A stretch of DNA of 41,574 nt from Mesotaenium endlicherianum (Eukaryota): positions 119,377 to 160,950 of the forward strand of contig WELA01003208.1 in NCBI GenBank assembly GCA_009602735.1, in the 5' to 3' direction. Numbering within the stretch: position 1 is the stretch's first letter; each line of letters starts with the position of its first letter. The notes beneath the pieces were generated by a model. It did not search any database. It was given only the letters and a program-made list of their open reading frames with translations, and was not told the DNA's origin. Positions 13,401 through 26,578 of the stretch are shown piece by piece. The translations under genes and the position numbers were made by a program.

Positions 13401-15182
13401 ATGGCCAGACCACACGAAAAAAGAGGGCACGCGTTGATAAGATTCTGCACCCTCTTGCAGCCGAGCAGGACATCAATCTCTCCTCACTTTCTCTCATGCA
13501 CACACACACACACGCGCGCACACGCGCGCACACACAAATGCGCGCACGCGCGCGCACCTGGTAGAAGAAGTTGCGCTGGCGCTCGATGGCCTCCGCGAGG
13601 TTGTGCTGGATGCGCTCCTGCGCCGCCACCTGGCCTCCTCCGGGTGCTCCGTCCGGGGCCACCGCCGCCGGCCCATGGTGGCTCCACAAGTCCGACGAGC
13701 TTTGACCTGCACTTTGACCGGGGTTGACCCCCCCGGGCACAAAAAGTTGACTCGACATGCCGGCCAGGTTTAGGTTGTAGGGCTCCTGGGGGAAGCGCGC
13801 CGCCCAGAGATCCCTGGTCAGGCGCATGGAGACGAGCTCCTGTTGGTCGGTGAGGGCGGGCGCGGTAGGCGGGCAGTCAAGCACGCGGCCGAACATGCGC
13901 TGGCAGTCCTTGGCGTACGCCACCTGTCACACCACACCACGCCCCACCACGCCACGCCATCATGAATGTGGGATAGAAGGTGGGGGTGGAGAGAAGGCAT
14001 CAGTGTGTGCGCGCGCGCAGGACACGCACGTGCAGCAGCGGCAGCGGCAGCGGCACGCTTCAAGCATCTGCCACCTGTTGCGCAGACGCGTGCCGCTGGC
14101 GCAATGGATGATACAAAGCACGTGTGCTCGACATACCACACCCCAGCAGGAAAAGGAAAGAGAGCAGGAGCAAGAGTAGCAGGCACAGCAGGAGCAGGAG
14201 AAGGATCAAATGCAAGCACTCAAAATCCCGAGAACACAGCCTGAGACAGAGGCACCAGGTGGCGAGCCGTGCCAGGTGGCGGGCTGCGCCAGGAAACCCA
14301 CCGGCGCGAGGCGGTGCACGTGCCACACCCAGTGCACATCCAGAGGAGGCACCATCTGGGCAGCCTTCATCGGGGCCATCGGATCGACGCGATCCAGCTG
14401 CTCCTGCTTAGCCTGGGCCTCCGCCAGCCAGGGGAGCCAGCAGTGCTCGTACCTGCGCGCCACGGGGCATGGGCGTGCAAGCATGAGTGCATGGGCATGG
14501 GGCATATGCGTGCAGGCATGAGTGCATGACATGTGCGTGAATGAGGATAAATCAAAGGCAGATGGGGCATGCATGTGTGCTGCGTGCAATTTTCTTGCCA
14601 AGCTTGCTGTGCTTGCTATGTATATGGTGCGTGCGGTGGGGCTGAGTGTGTGCATGCCCGTGTGCCTCTGACTGACTGAATTGATGGTGATGCATGCACT
14701 TCGTTGCAGGACCAAAGGACACGTGCAGGTGGCCTTAAAAGCCAACAGATTTTATGTCAGGCCCTCGTTGCTGCATCTCCCGTGTTTGTCTCATATCGCT
14801 TCTATATGTCTCACTTGACAACCTGTACCTGCTAAGTGTCTCAACAAATGAGACTCAAACATCTCCTGGTGCATCAAGCAACGAACAAAGCAACAATAAA
14901 AATTGCCGAGAACAACTCTTGCTCTGACAGATTACCTTAAAGCTTGAGAAATAGCAGCCATCGGCTGGGCCTTTACAGTGTGCCAGCTGGTCAGCTGCAG
15001 AACGACTGAGCTCACCTTCGAATGGCTTGAGCAACAGCAGGGCCCTGGTAGAGGCATGGGAAGCGGTCCACCGCCTGCAGGAGCTGCAGCTGGCGCTTGG
15101 CCGCCGTCACTAGGTCCAGACTGATGACAATGGCGGCCGCTTTTTCCCGTTCCATTTCATGCTTTTCCGGAGGAGTCGTCAT
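7435..15182 (-). CDS. Glycine-rich domain-containing protein (GRDP1/2-like, DUF1399 family), copy B; premature TAG at 7662-7660 in the last exon
   Basis: Minus-strand exons: 15182(or 15155)-15016, 14452-14302, 13923-13558, 13152-13006, 12702-12297 (contains an N gap), 11777-11436, 11064-10778, 10306-10200, 9661-9468, 8978-8826, 8320-8176, 7715-7435. Splice phases are compatible. The N-terminus [69 protein letters not shown] and the motifs [17 protein letters not shown] and VLDHDDSD match Arabidopsis GRDP1 motifs as recalled. Confidence 0.9.
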
Positions 15183-16579
15183 CACCGAATGGGTACGCTC
15201 TTGCACTTCTTTCTCGAGCTGGATATTTTGTCAAAACATCTGAGCAACAGCAGTAAGATCGCTGTTGGGTCACCTTTGCTGTCAATGGAATGCGGAATGA
15301 AGCAGGACTCTTCTGTTTATGTACTCTTGCCCTGACTCTATCCATAATGCAATCTTCCATGCTTCAAATGTTTGCCACCAATGCGGAATCTTGTACGCGA
15401 TTCAGATTCCTTTGAAGGAAGCAGTCGAGTGGTTTGCCTGGCAACTTCCGCCTACAAGACCATTACTCATTGGACAGCCCAGTAAGAAAAAGTCACAGTC
15501 TTGCATTGAAGGGGAATATGCTATCATGGTTGGGAAGATTGTTACAAACCAGTCGGCACTTGGAACCAATCTTAGAATAACACATAAGGAGTTCACATGA
15601 GGAGAAGCCGAGCATGGACTTCGGACAAGCATCACCTCCCGTCGCTTTCACGTGAGCCTTACGGCAAGGCTCACAGACTTTTGGTCTCTGGTCTGGATCG
15701 GTCATTAGTGAAATTGGGGAGGCGGGAGTCGGGAGTCGGGAGCCAGTCGAGTACCATGTTAACCAATGTCAACCAATTACGGAATGAAAAAAAAGGGATA
15801 TAAATTAATCAGCGAGCTCCGAAATAACATGAAGCTTTGAAATAATGAGAATCACTGGCGTCTGAGTGTTCAAATTTCTATAAAATTTGAGCAGCTTGCC
15901 ATCAGAGTCAAGCCGGCAACTGCAGTTTTATCTTCCCCGCTGTCCCTGAAAGTTGAAATATACAGTGATTACGGTTATAACATACTGTAATTACATATTC
16001 GGGCTCATATGATACATAGCTGATCATAGCAAATTTAGGCCAGGACGCGCAATGTGTATTAACATTAATAATAGTCAAATAAATTTGTCTCTCACAAAAT
16101 ACTTTTCAGCTTCCTGACATCCACGATTGTATTTACGAGGAGTATTTATTCACGTAATTCACGTCACGCGAAGAGACAGCTGCCCGCAATTCAGCTGCTT
16201 AGCTGCTGGACCTTACAACTTCATTATGCCACGCTGAAAAGGCCAGACATAAAAAGACAAAGTTAGATTTGCAACGCTATTGTGTGTAGATTTTCTGTGG
16301 TAGATCCCCTGGATACTAGAATCTTTAGGAATCTCTAGGAATCTTCGATGGATTCCAAAGTTTGACCCGACCAATTGATCTGAGTAGATGATAGGCCAAC
16401 TGGCAACAGCTAATGAAAAGAATTAGATGACATGAATAAGTGTGGGTATATCACATGATATAAGCTGGTAGAAATGTGCTATATGTGCCTGTAACTGCCT
16501 GCAACATGCTGTAACATATGATTGCATTTTTCTGCGTATTCTGCGTCATCCTTACAAATGCCGGGCTACAACCAATATC

Positions 16580-16781
16580 CATGGGGTGCTAACTGGCTGC
16601 AACTTTTTTTATTCATTGAAAGTTTTGGCAAGAATTGCATGTCGGGCGCAAAGCTTTCATTCAAATCGCAACCATCAGGGCTAAAATGGGCTGAAAAAGT
16701 CGAAAAGTTTGAAATTATGGCGCAACCGAAAAAAGTGTCGCAATCAACGCCCAAATTTTGGAGGGAGTTATAACCCCACTG
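16580..16781. mobile_element. Possible short or degenerate relative of the same MITE family
   Basis: Exact left TIR CATGGGGTGCTAACT at 16580. Only a degenerate right end (gagttataaccccactg) and no matching TSD. Confidence 0.4.
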
Positions 16782-17220
16782 GCTACATTATTTTGGTCAA
16801 GTCGCTGGCGTTTGTGTTCTAACTTGGTCTTCGTGGGTTCTGAGGCATTGACTTCGTTGACTGGAGGTCATTCGACGTAACACTGTGATGACATGCGAGC
16901 AGTTGCGAGTCTCGCGTGCGCGCTTGAGCTGACGTGAGCCGCTTGAGCCAGTGGGAGCTTGTTCTGTGCCGATTGGTGCCGATCGCTTTTGGCGAGCCGG
17001 ACCTGGCGGGGTGCGACTTCGATGGGTCGAGGCGCGACACGAGCAACTGCTGGAAACCAGCCCCTTCCCGCTGCTTCTCGCCACTTCTCGCCAGTATCGT
17101 GAGGCGCCGAATCTGGACAAATACCGTCGACAGCAATCCGCTCTCGTCTGTTTCCATTGATTTTCCTGAAGTCGGGCCTGTTGAAAGTTGAAACTTCAGA
17201 GCACTCCAGAGCACTTCCAG

Positions 17221-17621
17221 CATGGGGTGCTAACTGTCGCAACGATCCCCAAAATATTGATTTTTTTCGCCAAACTTGCAAGTCGGTCCGCCGAAATCCT
17301 TGTCTCATTGAAATTTTTGCGCAATGTTAAATTCCGACGCAGGGAACTGCGAACGATTTATGTTTTGCGCAATGTACTTGACGTAGGCGACGAAAATTAC
17401 ATACTATATACTTATATGTGGCCGGGTATGTCACAAGGATGCCTAGCATATTGATTTTTCCCGCACTGTAGTTAGACCTTTTGATTGAAAGTCACCAGAA
17501 TTCGTCCAGGATTGATTTCATTCGCACAAGACCAAGAATATTGAAAAAAACTGCCAACCAAAAATACTTTGATTGTTTTCGCCAAGAAGCCCCTTCAGAT
17601 GAAAAGAGTTAGCACCCCATG
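17221..17621. mobile_element. MITE / non-autonomous hAT-like DNA transposon, copy 1
   Basis: 15-bp perfect TIRs CATGGGGTGCTAACT...AGTTAGCACCCCATG. Flanking 8-mers acttccag/cctttcag (6/8 match) resemble a decayed TSD. No convincing coding capacity. Alignable by eye to 17703-18132. Confidence 0.8.
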
Positions 17622-17702
17622 CCTTTCAGATTCCAAAGCAGCCACTTTGACCGTATCATCAACCATTGATGTATTGTCCTGGCATTGTCAAACCGTTGCG
17701 AC

Positions 17703-18132
17703 CATGGGGTGCTAACTGTCACAACGTGTCCCAAAATATTGATTGTTGTTGCAAACTTTGCAAGTGCGTCCGCCGAAATACTTGCCTCATCGATTCCGAG
17801 CGCAGCGTGCAATTCCGCCGCATTGCGGTATTCGCAGTCCGGTGTATGTATGCGAACAATTGAGTTTTGGCGCAACAACCTCTACAAAAGCGCCAATAGT
17901 TGTATTCTATTGGCAATTATCAATTCATATGTGGTCGGATATATCACAGAGATGGCAATGGAATTGATTCTTGGTGCAATGTCGTTAGACCTTTTGAAAT
18001 AAGTCACCACAATTCGTCAATATTGAATTTCTTCGCACAAACGCAAGAATTCTTGAAAAAAGCGCCAGCCAAAAATACTTTGATTCTTTTCGCCAAAAGG
18101 CCCCTTCAGATGAAAAGAGTTAGCACCCCATG
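17703..18132. mobile_element. MITE / non-autonomous hAT-like DNA transposon, copy 2
   Basis: Same 15-bp TIRs. Flanking 8-mers gttgcgac/attgcgac (7/8 match). Shares internal blocks with copy 1 (cccaaaatattgatt, gttagacctttt, caaaaatactttgatt, ccccttcagatgaaaagagttag). Confidence 0.85.
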
Positions 18133-18428
18133 ATTGCGACTATGCGTAAGCATACGAAAACGGGATGGGGTCGAAGTTCGAACGCGTGTGAAAAGCTCTG
18201 AACGGGGTTTTGCACCAGAAGTCGCCTCGACTTTATATGAAGCGCCGGGTAATAGAGAGAGTCGCGAGTTAGAGCAATTGCCGCGAAGCAAAGAGCACAC
18301 CTCAACACGAGAGAATGTCTACATTCATCCTTCCTGCAAGCATTTGTCTACCGCCCAAGGACTAGCTATTGGAATGCTCCAATCTAGGCGCCACATGCAT
18401 ATTTGCCACTTGTTATAACAATAAAGCT

Positions 18429-20406
18429 ATGGCAGGGTGGAGCCATGGGGTTGTCCGGGTCTGTGCTTCCTGCTTCGGTTCCTTCTGCCTTCTCTTTCAA
18501 GGGGTCAATGACCTAGCAAACCAGGGGGAAGTCGACGGATCACAACCCCCTAGACAGGATCGGCCATCTGCCAATAATAGGCAGCAAAGTAAGCTCAGGC
18601 AACAACCTAAACAGGGAGGTCTGAAACAGGGAGGTCTCAGTAACACTTTTTTGACCAGTAGACCTGTATGCATTGGCCCAAAGAAAGGCCTCATACCTTT
18701 TCTAAGCGGAACCTGGAGCACATTTAGTCAGCAATGCGCGCCTAGTAACAGATCCACACCTTTACTTTTATATACCGCTGGTAAAAAAGTCCAAATGCAA
18801 GGCTTTTTTTTGGCAGCTGGGGCAGTAGCGGCAAGTGCCTCCCTGTCGCTTGCATTTCCTTTTTCTGCCCAGAACGCAGAGCTTCCGACTGCAGGGAAGG
18901 GCGGTGATAATGCAGACAGTGGCGACCGAGAGATGCAAGATTCTGAAAGGTGATGGGGCTCCCATCTTTCCATGCATTGCGTAGTACCTTATAATATGTG
19001 TGTGAAGTTCTTGAAGCTGTGGTGTTTCGAAGTGGTGTGATATGCAAAGAGCTCCTCCATTTGTCCTTCACCAGTTCGGTGCACTTCAGTTCAGTTTTTT
19101 TGATTTTTTTAATGATTTTCTTTGATTTTTTTTTTGGACAAGAAGGAGAACCACTTTAACGAGAGGTAGGACTGTTATCCAGTGACGTCTGAAAATGCAA
19201 ACTCAATAAATCACTAACTTGTGAAGCACTTGCTCTGATAGCTTGGTTTGTCCCTGTCCTCTCGCCTGAATGCAAATGACCAGTAGCACTTATGCGATGC
19301 AGCACCTAAAATCACTTGAGGTTGACAAAGCATACAGTCACGAGCCTGTCCAGTCAGACCTGAAGCAGCTATTATGTTACAATCTTCTCACACATCAGCA
19401 TGAGTCCCCTTACCCTGACGAAAGACACAATCACGACCCCTAAACTCTTCCTTGCGTTAAAGATGAAGATCTCCTTCAGTGCGTGGACTCGATATTTCAC
19501 TATATTGACTCGATTCTTCAATACAGTGACTCCATTCTTCAATAGATTGACTCGATCCTTCAATATATCGACTCGATGCTTCAGCATATTGACTAAATCC
19601 TTCAATTGCCGGCGAGTGCAGCTTCTACATCCATGACTTCATTCAGCCAGGACCTCCGCAGTCACTGTTCCTCGAAGAAGAGAAGGGAGAGCGCCAGCTC
19701 TCGGCCGCCTGCCTGGCTTCGCTAGGCCTGAAGTACAAGGAGCAGCAGGCCATCGTGGAACCGAAGACCAAGGTTCAATTCCCTGTGGTGCTGTACCCGG
19801 CTGCTGCTGGGCCAGAAGAGGGCTCGGATCCTTCTGATCTTTCTTCTTCTTCACCTGAGTCGTTCCCACAGGTACAACCTGCCCGGTGTTAACCCCCCCC
19901 CCCCCCCNNNNNNNNNNNNNNNNNNNNNNCCCCCCCCCCCCCCCAAGGCTTAGGATCCCCTCTTCACATCAAAATGTGATGTATGTAAAGATATGCATGT
20001 GATGTGTTAGTATGTAAGTGCTCGTATGTGCTTACTTTCAATGATTTGTATTGCAGAGATATGATAAAAATATATATAGGTAACATATTATTTCATTGAA
20101 CATTTCTTAAATAGTTCTCCTTTTTCTGCTTTCCAGGTGCTGGCTGGCGTGGGGGTGCGCAACAAGAGCATCGTGAGGGTGAAGACCATCAACATCTACG
20201 CCTTTGGCGTCTGTGAGTTCGCCGCCACTCCCCACCACATCATCTCTTCTCCGTCACGTCTGAAATGCGCTCTGTGCACCGCGTCTATAACGGGCGCGCG
20301 CTTGTACGTTTGCGTGTGCCTGTGCGTGGTGTGTGTGTGTGTGTGTGTGCGCGTGCGTGTCTGCGTGTGTGGGTGTATGTTTCCGCGCGTGTGTGCGTGC
20401 ATGCGT

Positions 20407-20457
<51 letters not shown>

Positions 20458-22189
20458 CGTGCATGCGCGCTTGCGCGCTGTGTTGCCCCCGCCCATCAGG
20501 ACCACCCTCTCCACTCGCTCTTACAAGCTCTCACCTGCTACACCTCTTTGGGTCTGTGGCCCTCTGCAAGCTTGCCGGCACGACCCACTACCACGTGACT
20601 CCACTGCCACCAGCATTCCTGACTGCACGCTCGCTTGCACATGGGGTGGTGCGTGGGGGGGGGATGCTTGCGGTGGCCAACCAGACGTGAGGCCGGGGCG
20701 GCTGCGGGCGGAGCTGGGTGACAAGTACGCGGGAGTGCCGCCCGAGGAGCTGAAGCTGCGCGAGGACTTCTACGACACCATGCTCAGGTGAGAGCTCCTG
20801 CTCCTTCTGCTCCTTCTGCCCTTGCTCCACGTCCTGCCCCTGCGCCTGCGCTTGCGCCTGCTCCTGCTGTGCCTGCTCTGCCTGCACCTGCTGCTCCTGC
20901 TCTTGCTGCTGCTGCTGCTCTGCTATTGCCCCAGGACTACAGGTGCGCAGTTGGCGTGTTGTGTGCCGCCGCCATCTGGCAGCGCTGCCATCTGTCTGCA
21001 TGTGCTTCTGTGAACAGGCGCTTGGCATGCGCGCACTCCAGCCAGGAGCCCCTGCCCTGCTGCCACGTCGTCCCGCAGCCACCTGTCTGCGTGTACGGCA
21101 TTGGCGTGTGCCCACATGCTCCCGATTGACACACCACACACGTCGTCGCACCCTCCGGACGTGCCCGCTCGCCGCAGGCTGCTGCGGGCTTTGGCGTGTC
21201 GAGTCACGGTGTTGTCGCAACCAGTTGCTTCTTGTTTGCTCTCGTTGTGGCCCCATTCTCTTCTACACGCTTGCATGTGCGCCCGACACTCCCACGGGAT
21301 CTTGTTCTCTTTCCACTATTTTTTACTCCCCACCGCGGCACTTGTCCCTCTCGCTTTCTCCTGGCTGCAAGGAGCTCGCAGGGATTGCAGATGCTGTCTC
21401 GATGTGGAAGTCTGCTGCTGTGACACTGTCACTGCTGACAGCCCGCCAGCTGTCACTGCTGACTGTGTCCTTGCAGCCGAGAGCTGGACATGACGGTGCG
21501 TCTGGTGGTGCACTATCGAGGCCTCTCCATGGAGATGGTCCGCAAGTGCGTGCTCTTCCCTCCCCCCTCCCCCCCACCCCCCTGTCTCTCCCTCTCTCTC
21601 TCACGTCCTCTCACTCTGTCTCATTCCTCTTCTTCGCCTTTTTCTTCTGTGGCTTATCCTTTTCCTCTGTCCCCTGTTTGCCTGCTGCTGCTTGCTCCTT
21701 ATGTCCCCCTTCTTGTTCTGCTCTGCGAGCAATGTTATCTGTCATCTTGTTTTTTATCTGTGTTATTTTTGGCCTTCAAGACCCTTCAGAGAGTGCAAGG
21801 CTTTTCAGCCCACCATTGCGCACAGAATGAAGATGACATTATCCTCTACAGGAGCAGCAGCAACGGCAGCAGCAGCAGCAGCAGCAGCAGCAGAACCAGC
21901 GGCAGCAGGAGCAGCAGCAGCAGTAGCAGTTTGTGAATCGTTGGACGCAACGCGAATGCTCCTGCAGTTGCGTTGCGCGTCGATCATGCACCGTCTTTCG
22001 TGCATTGCTGGCGGCGCGTGCGAGGCTCCCTGCAAGCATTGCGTCTCTCTTTTATGCTTCCCATACTGATTGGGGAGGGTACGTGTTGCGCATTTATTGG
22101 TGTCGTATGTGTGGAACGATTGCGGTTGCGGCTGCAGCGCCTTTGTCACGTCTTTGAGTAACCGGCTCATGAAGGTCAGTTTATCTCTC

Positions 22190-22234
<45 letters not shown>

Positions 22235-24576
22235 GTCCTCTGTCACCCTGTTGCCTCACCTTCTGCTCTCAGCTTACAGCTGGTTCAGCACATTGCATCC
22301 GGGAGTAATAACTGGCAGGACTCGCACCTCTTAGGCTTCTTCTCAACTACTGCTGGACGCTCTGGCTCAAATTCTCAGCTTCATCGCAAGGCTGACTTTA
22401 GAACCGTGCGCTGACATGTGGGTCGTGCTCGAGGGCCCGCCGCTCTCCCCGTGCTGGCATGTGGCATGTGCTTGTTCTTCTCTGACATTGGCGTCTGCTT
22501 GAGTGAGGGTGTGTGTGCCACGTGGCAGATAGCGGGCAACAGCGACGACCCCGGCCTCAAGACGTTTGGCCACTACTTCTCGCAGACCATCGACCTCTCC
22601 AGGGTATGCATAGCGTGACCCCACCCACCATGTGTGCCAGACATCAAGCTGATTCCACAGATCTCAGCCGCTCTGTCTCTCTCTCTCTCTCTTGTAACAG
22701 CTAGGGCAGGACTCAGCTACACTCTCGTCGCAGCTCAGGCAGTGCTCAGCCGCTTTCTCGTGAAAGGTCTGGCAGAGATCACCTGCAGATCTTAGCTGTA
22801 GATCTTGAAGATGACGCCAGCGCTCTCGTGACAGCTCAGGCATCTATCTCAGCAGCTCTCCCACGACAGATCCCGCTTGAAGCTTCCAGAGCAGACAGAG
22901 TCTCCCGGAGGAGATCTGGCACATGTAGAGCAAGCCTTCCCATCCTGTCCCACAATGTGCTTCAGCAGGAGGAACGTACAGAGACTGGGTTGATGCGCTC
23001 AGCCGCTTGCTCGCTTCGGCTTTGCCAGAGCTTGACCATCCCCTAGACCTGCCGAAAGAGAAGGAGAGAGGGAGAGAGCTTCAGCGAGTTGCATAACTGT
23101 ATCGATGCATGCGCTGACCCAGCGTCCGGCTGCTGCAAGTCCGGGCTCTGGGTCTAGGCTAGGCACGGGGGTAGGTCCTGAGAGCTGTCTGCATTTTTTA
23201 CGTGCTTTGCTTTATTGCTCATTCTGGGTCTCGAGGGTCTCAGCTTCACTTTGTTGCTGTGATGCTCTTTTTTTTTTTGGATCCTAGCATACCAGCATGT
23301 TTATCTCATGACATCTTCTCCAAGTGCCAAGTAAGGGGATAATTCAGACTGACTCGACGTTCAATCAATCCCGTCCCCTCCCTTTGCTTTCTCTCAGGGA
23401 ACGGTGATCGACTTCCGGTGGCAGCCGGGTGGCCGCCTGCAGACAGAAAGTGAGTGGGCCTGTCCCGCTACCCCCCTTTTCATATCTGATGCAGCTAATT
23501 GTAGGTGCCATATCGGCAGCTGCACCCTTGCCCTGGCTCTCTGCCAGGTGTGCCGCAGGCGTCAGTGTTCATGTGCGCCCGCAGTGCAATTTCTCTCTGG
23601 CACGAGCAAGCAGCTCATTTCAACCAGTGCTGGCCAGCCCGCCCGCCTGCCTGCCTGCGCCCGCCTGCCTATGTGCCTCCTGCCTGCGCCTGCCTGCCTG
23701 CCTATGTGCCTCCTGCCAGCCAGCCAGCCAGCCAGCCTGCCTGACTGCCTGCCTGTGTGGCTTCCCGCATTGGCTGTCTGCTGCATCTGCTGTTTCTGTG
23801 CAGTCTGAGCGTGCTTTTGATAGGCTGGGAGCCTCCTTTTCATTCAAGTGCCTGTTTTTGTATCTCACTTCTGGTACGTGGCCAGGGCACGCGGTGGCGG
23901 TGCCGCAATGCCTGCCTGCGTGCCCCCCCCTGCCCATCTACCGGCCCGCCCGCCGGCCCGCTCGGCTGCCTGCCTGCCCGCCCTGCCTGCCTGTGTGGGT
24001 GTGTGTTGTATCTGACGCTGGTGTTCTCGTGCTGATTTGCCTCCCGGTTGTTTGAGCAGTCGGTGGCAAGAAGATGGAGACGATTGTGAGCCCCCATCTT
24101 TGCAGTGAGTCCGCACGTGCCCTCCTCACACTGTACCCCTGCACTCTTTGCCTTCCCTTGCAGCAGTGCCCCTTTGTTTTGCCTCCCTTGCCGGGTCCGT
24201 GGTGATGTATGCATTGACGTTTCTCTTCCTCTCAAATGTTGGCTGCCTTTGCGTGTGAGGAAGAGGGTGGGAGTTTCCTATCGTGAGTAATTTGCTTCCT
24301 CTTCTAGGGCTAAACGCTTGCACTTTGCTGCGTCAACGGCGTGTGGTGTGGCAGCTTGCAGGTATATACATGTAAGAACATATGTATGTTTGAAATTCGT
24401 ACACTGTTATAGTTGCTTGGTTCCTTCTGAATTCTGGCCTCCATTCGGTTTTTTTGGGGCCTTGGGTGTTGTCGACAGGAGCCTTCTTCGACCTCTACAT
24501 TGGAGACCCCCCCGTGTCAGTTTCTGCCAAGCAGGACATTGGCCTGGCTGTGGCCCGCATGCTGTCAGCATGCTGA
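18429..24576 (+). CDS. FAP2: Fatty-acid-binding protein 2-like (chalcone isomerase-fold)
   Basis: Exons: 18429-18949 (start less certain), 19622-19871, 20137-20212, 20685-20787, 21477-21545, 22138-22174, 22529-22603, 23398-23449, 24060-24104, 24479-24576(TGA). All GT-AG and phase-compatible. Spliced peptide [112 protein letters not shown] is colinear with Arabidopsis FAP2 as recalled. Confidence 0.9.
19486..19611. repeat. 21-bp tandem repeat (6 units) in FAP2 intron 1
   Basis: Units start at 19486, 19507, 19528, 19549, 19570 and 19591. Consensus is approximately GACTCGATNCTTCAATATATT. Confidence 0.85.
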
Positions 24577-25790
24577 CCTGATGTTGACTTTCTTTGACTG
24601 CGGTCAAACTGTGGCCCACCTGTGCCCCCCATGCTCTCTCATTGAAGGACCCGGAGTTGCATCCTTGGAAGAGATCGCTCGGTGGTCATAAAATATGTAT
24701 TTTTACGGTAGGAAGATTTGGCTTGTTTGTACATATGTCCCCTGTCGTCCTAGTCTGTCTCATGCTACCTCGACCCAGAACTCACGTTTGAAAAATATGA
24801 AGCAAGCATTGAGGGGTTTTTCAGGACATGTATCAGCCAGTCAAGAGTGTTCCATTGTTGAACGTCTTGAAGTTAGAGTATTAGCTCCTAGATTACAATT
24901 CTCTTAGGTGGACATAGAGTAAGTTTTAGCTGTGGGTCACTGGCCAGTACGTGAGACTTCATTAATGGGCAGCCTAGCGTTTGAACAAACATCACTTCTG
25001 ATTATGTAGTTTTGCAGTTTTGATAACCTAATTGCATGGAGTGGATTACATTTGCAAATAAATAATGATGATGAATGGATGATGATTATGTATCAAGAGT
25101 TGCGTGCTCATACAGATGCAAAATGTTACAGTGTGTGTGCAAGTATATCCAAAGTTGGTGAATATGTCCCGTCTTTCAGCTCGAACACGGATCAATTGTT
25201 TGTACGTGTGATTATTTTCATCCCAAGCATCCACTGTGCCTCATTAATGGCGTACGTGTTCATAAATGGTTAATATCTATCATGTTGCATGGTTTTATGT
25301 CTAGCTAGTGTACATACAGCACACATTCCCACCTGCAAGTATTTACGCATTTATACCCAGAGTAATCCCATTAAATACTTTTAAAGCGCGTTGAAATAAC
25401 TTAGACAATAACACAAAGCAGATGCAAACGCCAGAAGAGTTGAAACTTTCCACAATCAACATTTTTATATGTCCAGTTGCAAGAACATCGGAGTTAATAC
25501 GCCATGACAAGCACCATCACAAATTATTCACAAGTGATGTGATTCTTTGCCTGTTAACAAGGAGGGCGCGGCCCGAATGAAATTTATTGTGCTCTCCTTC
25601 CCTATTACACAAGTAAAACTTTATCACAAGTACAACGCTTTAATGCAAGCAGCAATACTCCCGCTTGATTCTCAACGGTGGGTGCAGTAAATGAGCTGCC
25701 AACAAGTAAACTCTGCAACCCATCACTAGTCAAAAACAATTGACAAACAAAAGAAAAGTTGCCTATGCCATCTAAAGACCCTCATGCGTT

Positions 25791-26500
25791 TCAGTAAACA
25801 TACGGAAGGATTCTGTACGGCACCGCTTGGCAGTACTGCACCCACACGTCTCCGTACTTCTTGCGACACCTGGCCTCGTCTCGTCGCTCGCGATCGATGA
25901 GCAGGATGAGGAGGTAGATGGGGTAGAAGTAGGGAAGTACCGCACTGCTCACGAGGGCAGCATTACTTAAAAAATTAAATACATTAAAAATAATAGATTC
26001 TCGAAGTAAGTAAGCCTTTGTTTACACATCCTTGTGTTAGGAGATTCACTACATGCCAATGCCTACACTTAATGCTAGGGTGATGGCAGAAACCGAAACG
26101 GAAGGGAGCAAGAATGAGCAGCAGGCACTCACCTGGTGCCACATGGCAGCGAGTAGGAGAGGGCGAGCAGGAGGTCCCCCAAGTAATTGCTGTGGCGAGC
26201 TATGCCCCTGCAATGTTCGACGAGACGAGGCACAGGCAACTCGCACAACTTGGTGGAAAAACAAATGAAGGTATTTTGCGCGATATTCTGCGTTATATTC
26301 TTTCAGGTGCGAACCACAAAGTCACACACTTGCACGCACATATGCACCCACACACACACAGGCACCACGCGGACACAAGCGGACGTGCACACGCACATGC
26401 GCATGCAAAAGTACACCCACATGCACACAAACACGCTCCAATTTTCCGCACACGGGCACACGTGCACACGCGCACACGCGCACGCACACACACGCACGCG

Positions 26501-26578
<78 letters not shown>

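Noticed and set aside
16880..16935. C/D-box snoRNA candidate (GTGATGA...CTGA)
   Set aside because: Too short (~50 nt), with no convincing terminal stem or recognisable guide.
19372..19605. Coiled-coil heptad ORF on the minus strand
   Set aside because: It has no ATG start in that frame, lies antisense inside a FAP2 intron, and the heptads follow from the 21-bp repeat.
21780..21936. Poly-Ser/Ala ORF as a FAP2 exon
   Set aside because: It is an intronic (CAG)n tract. The exon that fits homology and phase is 22138-22174.
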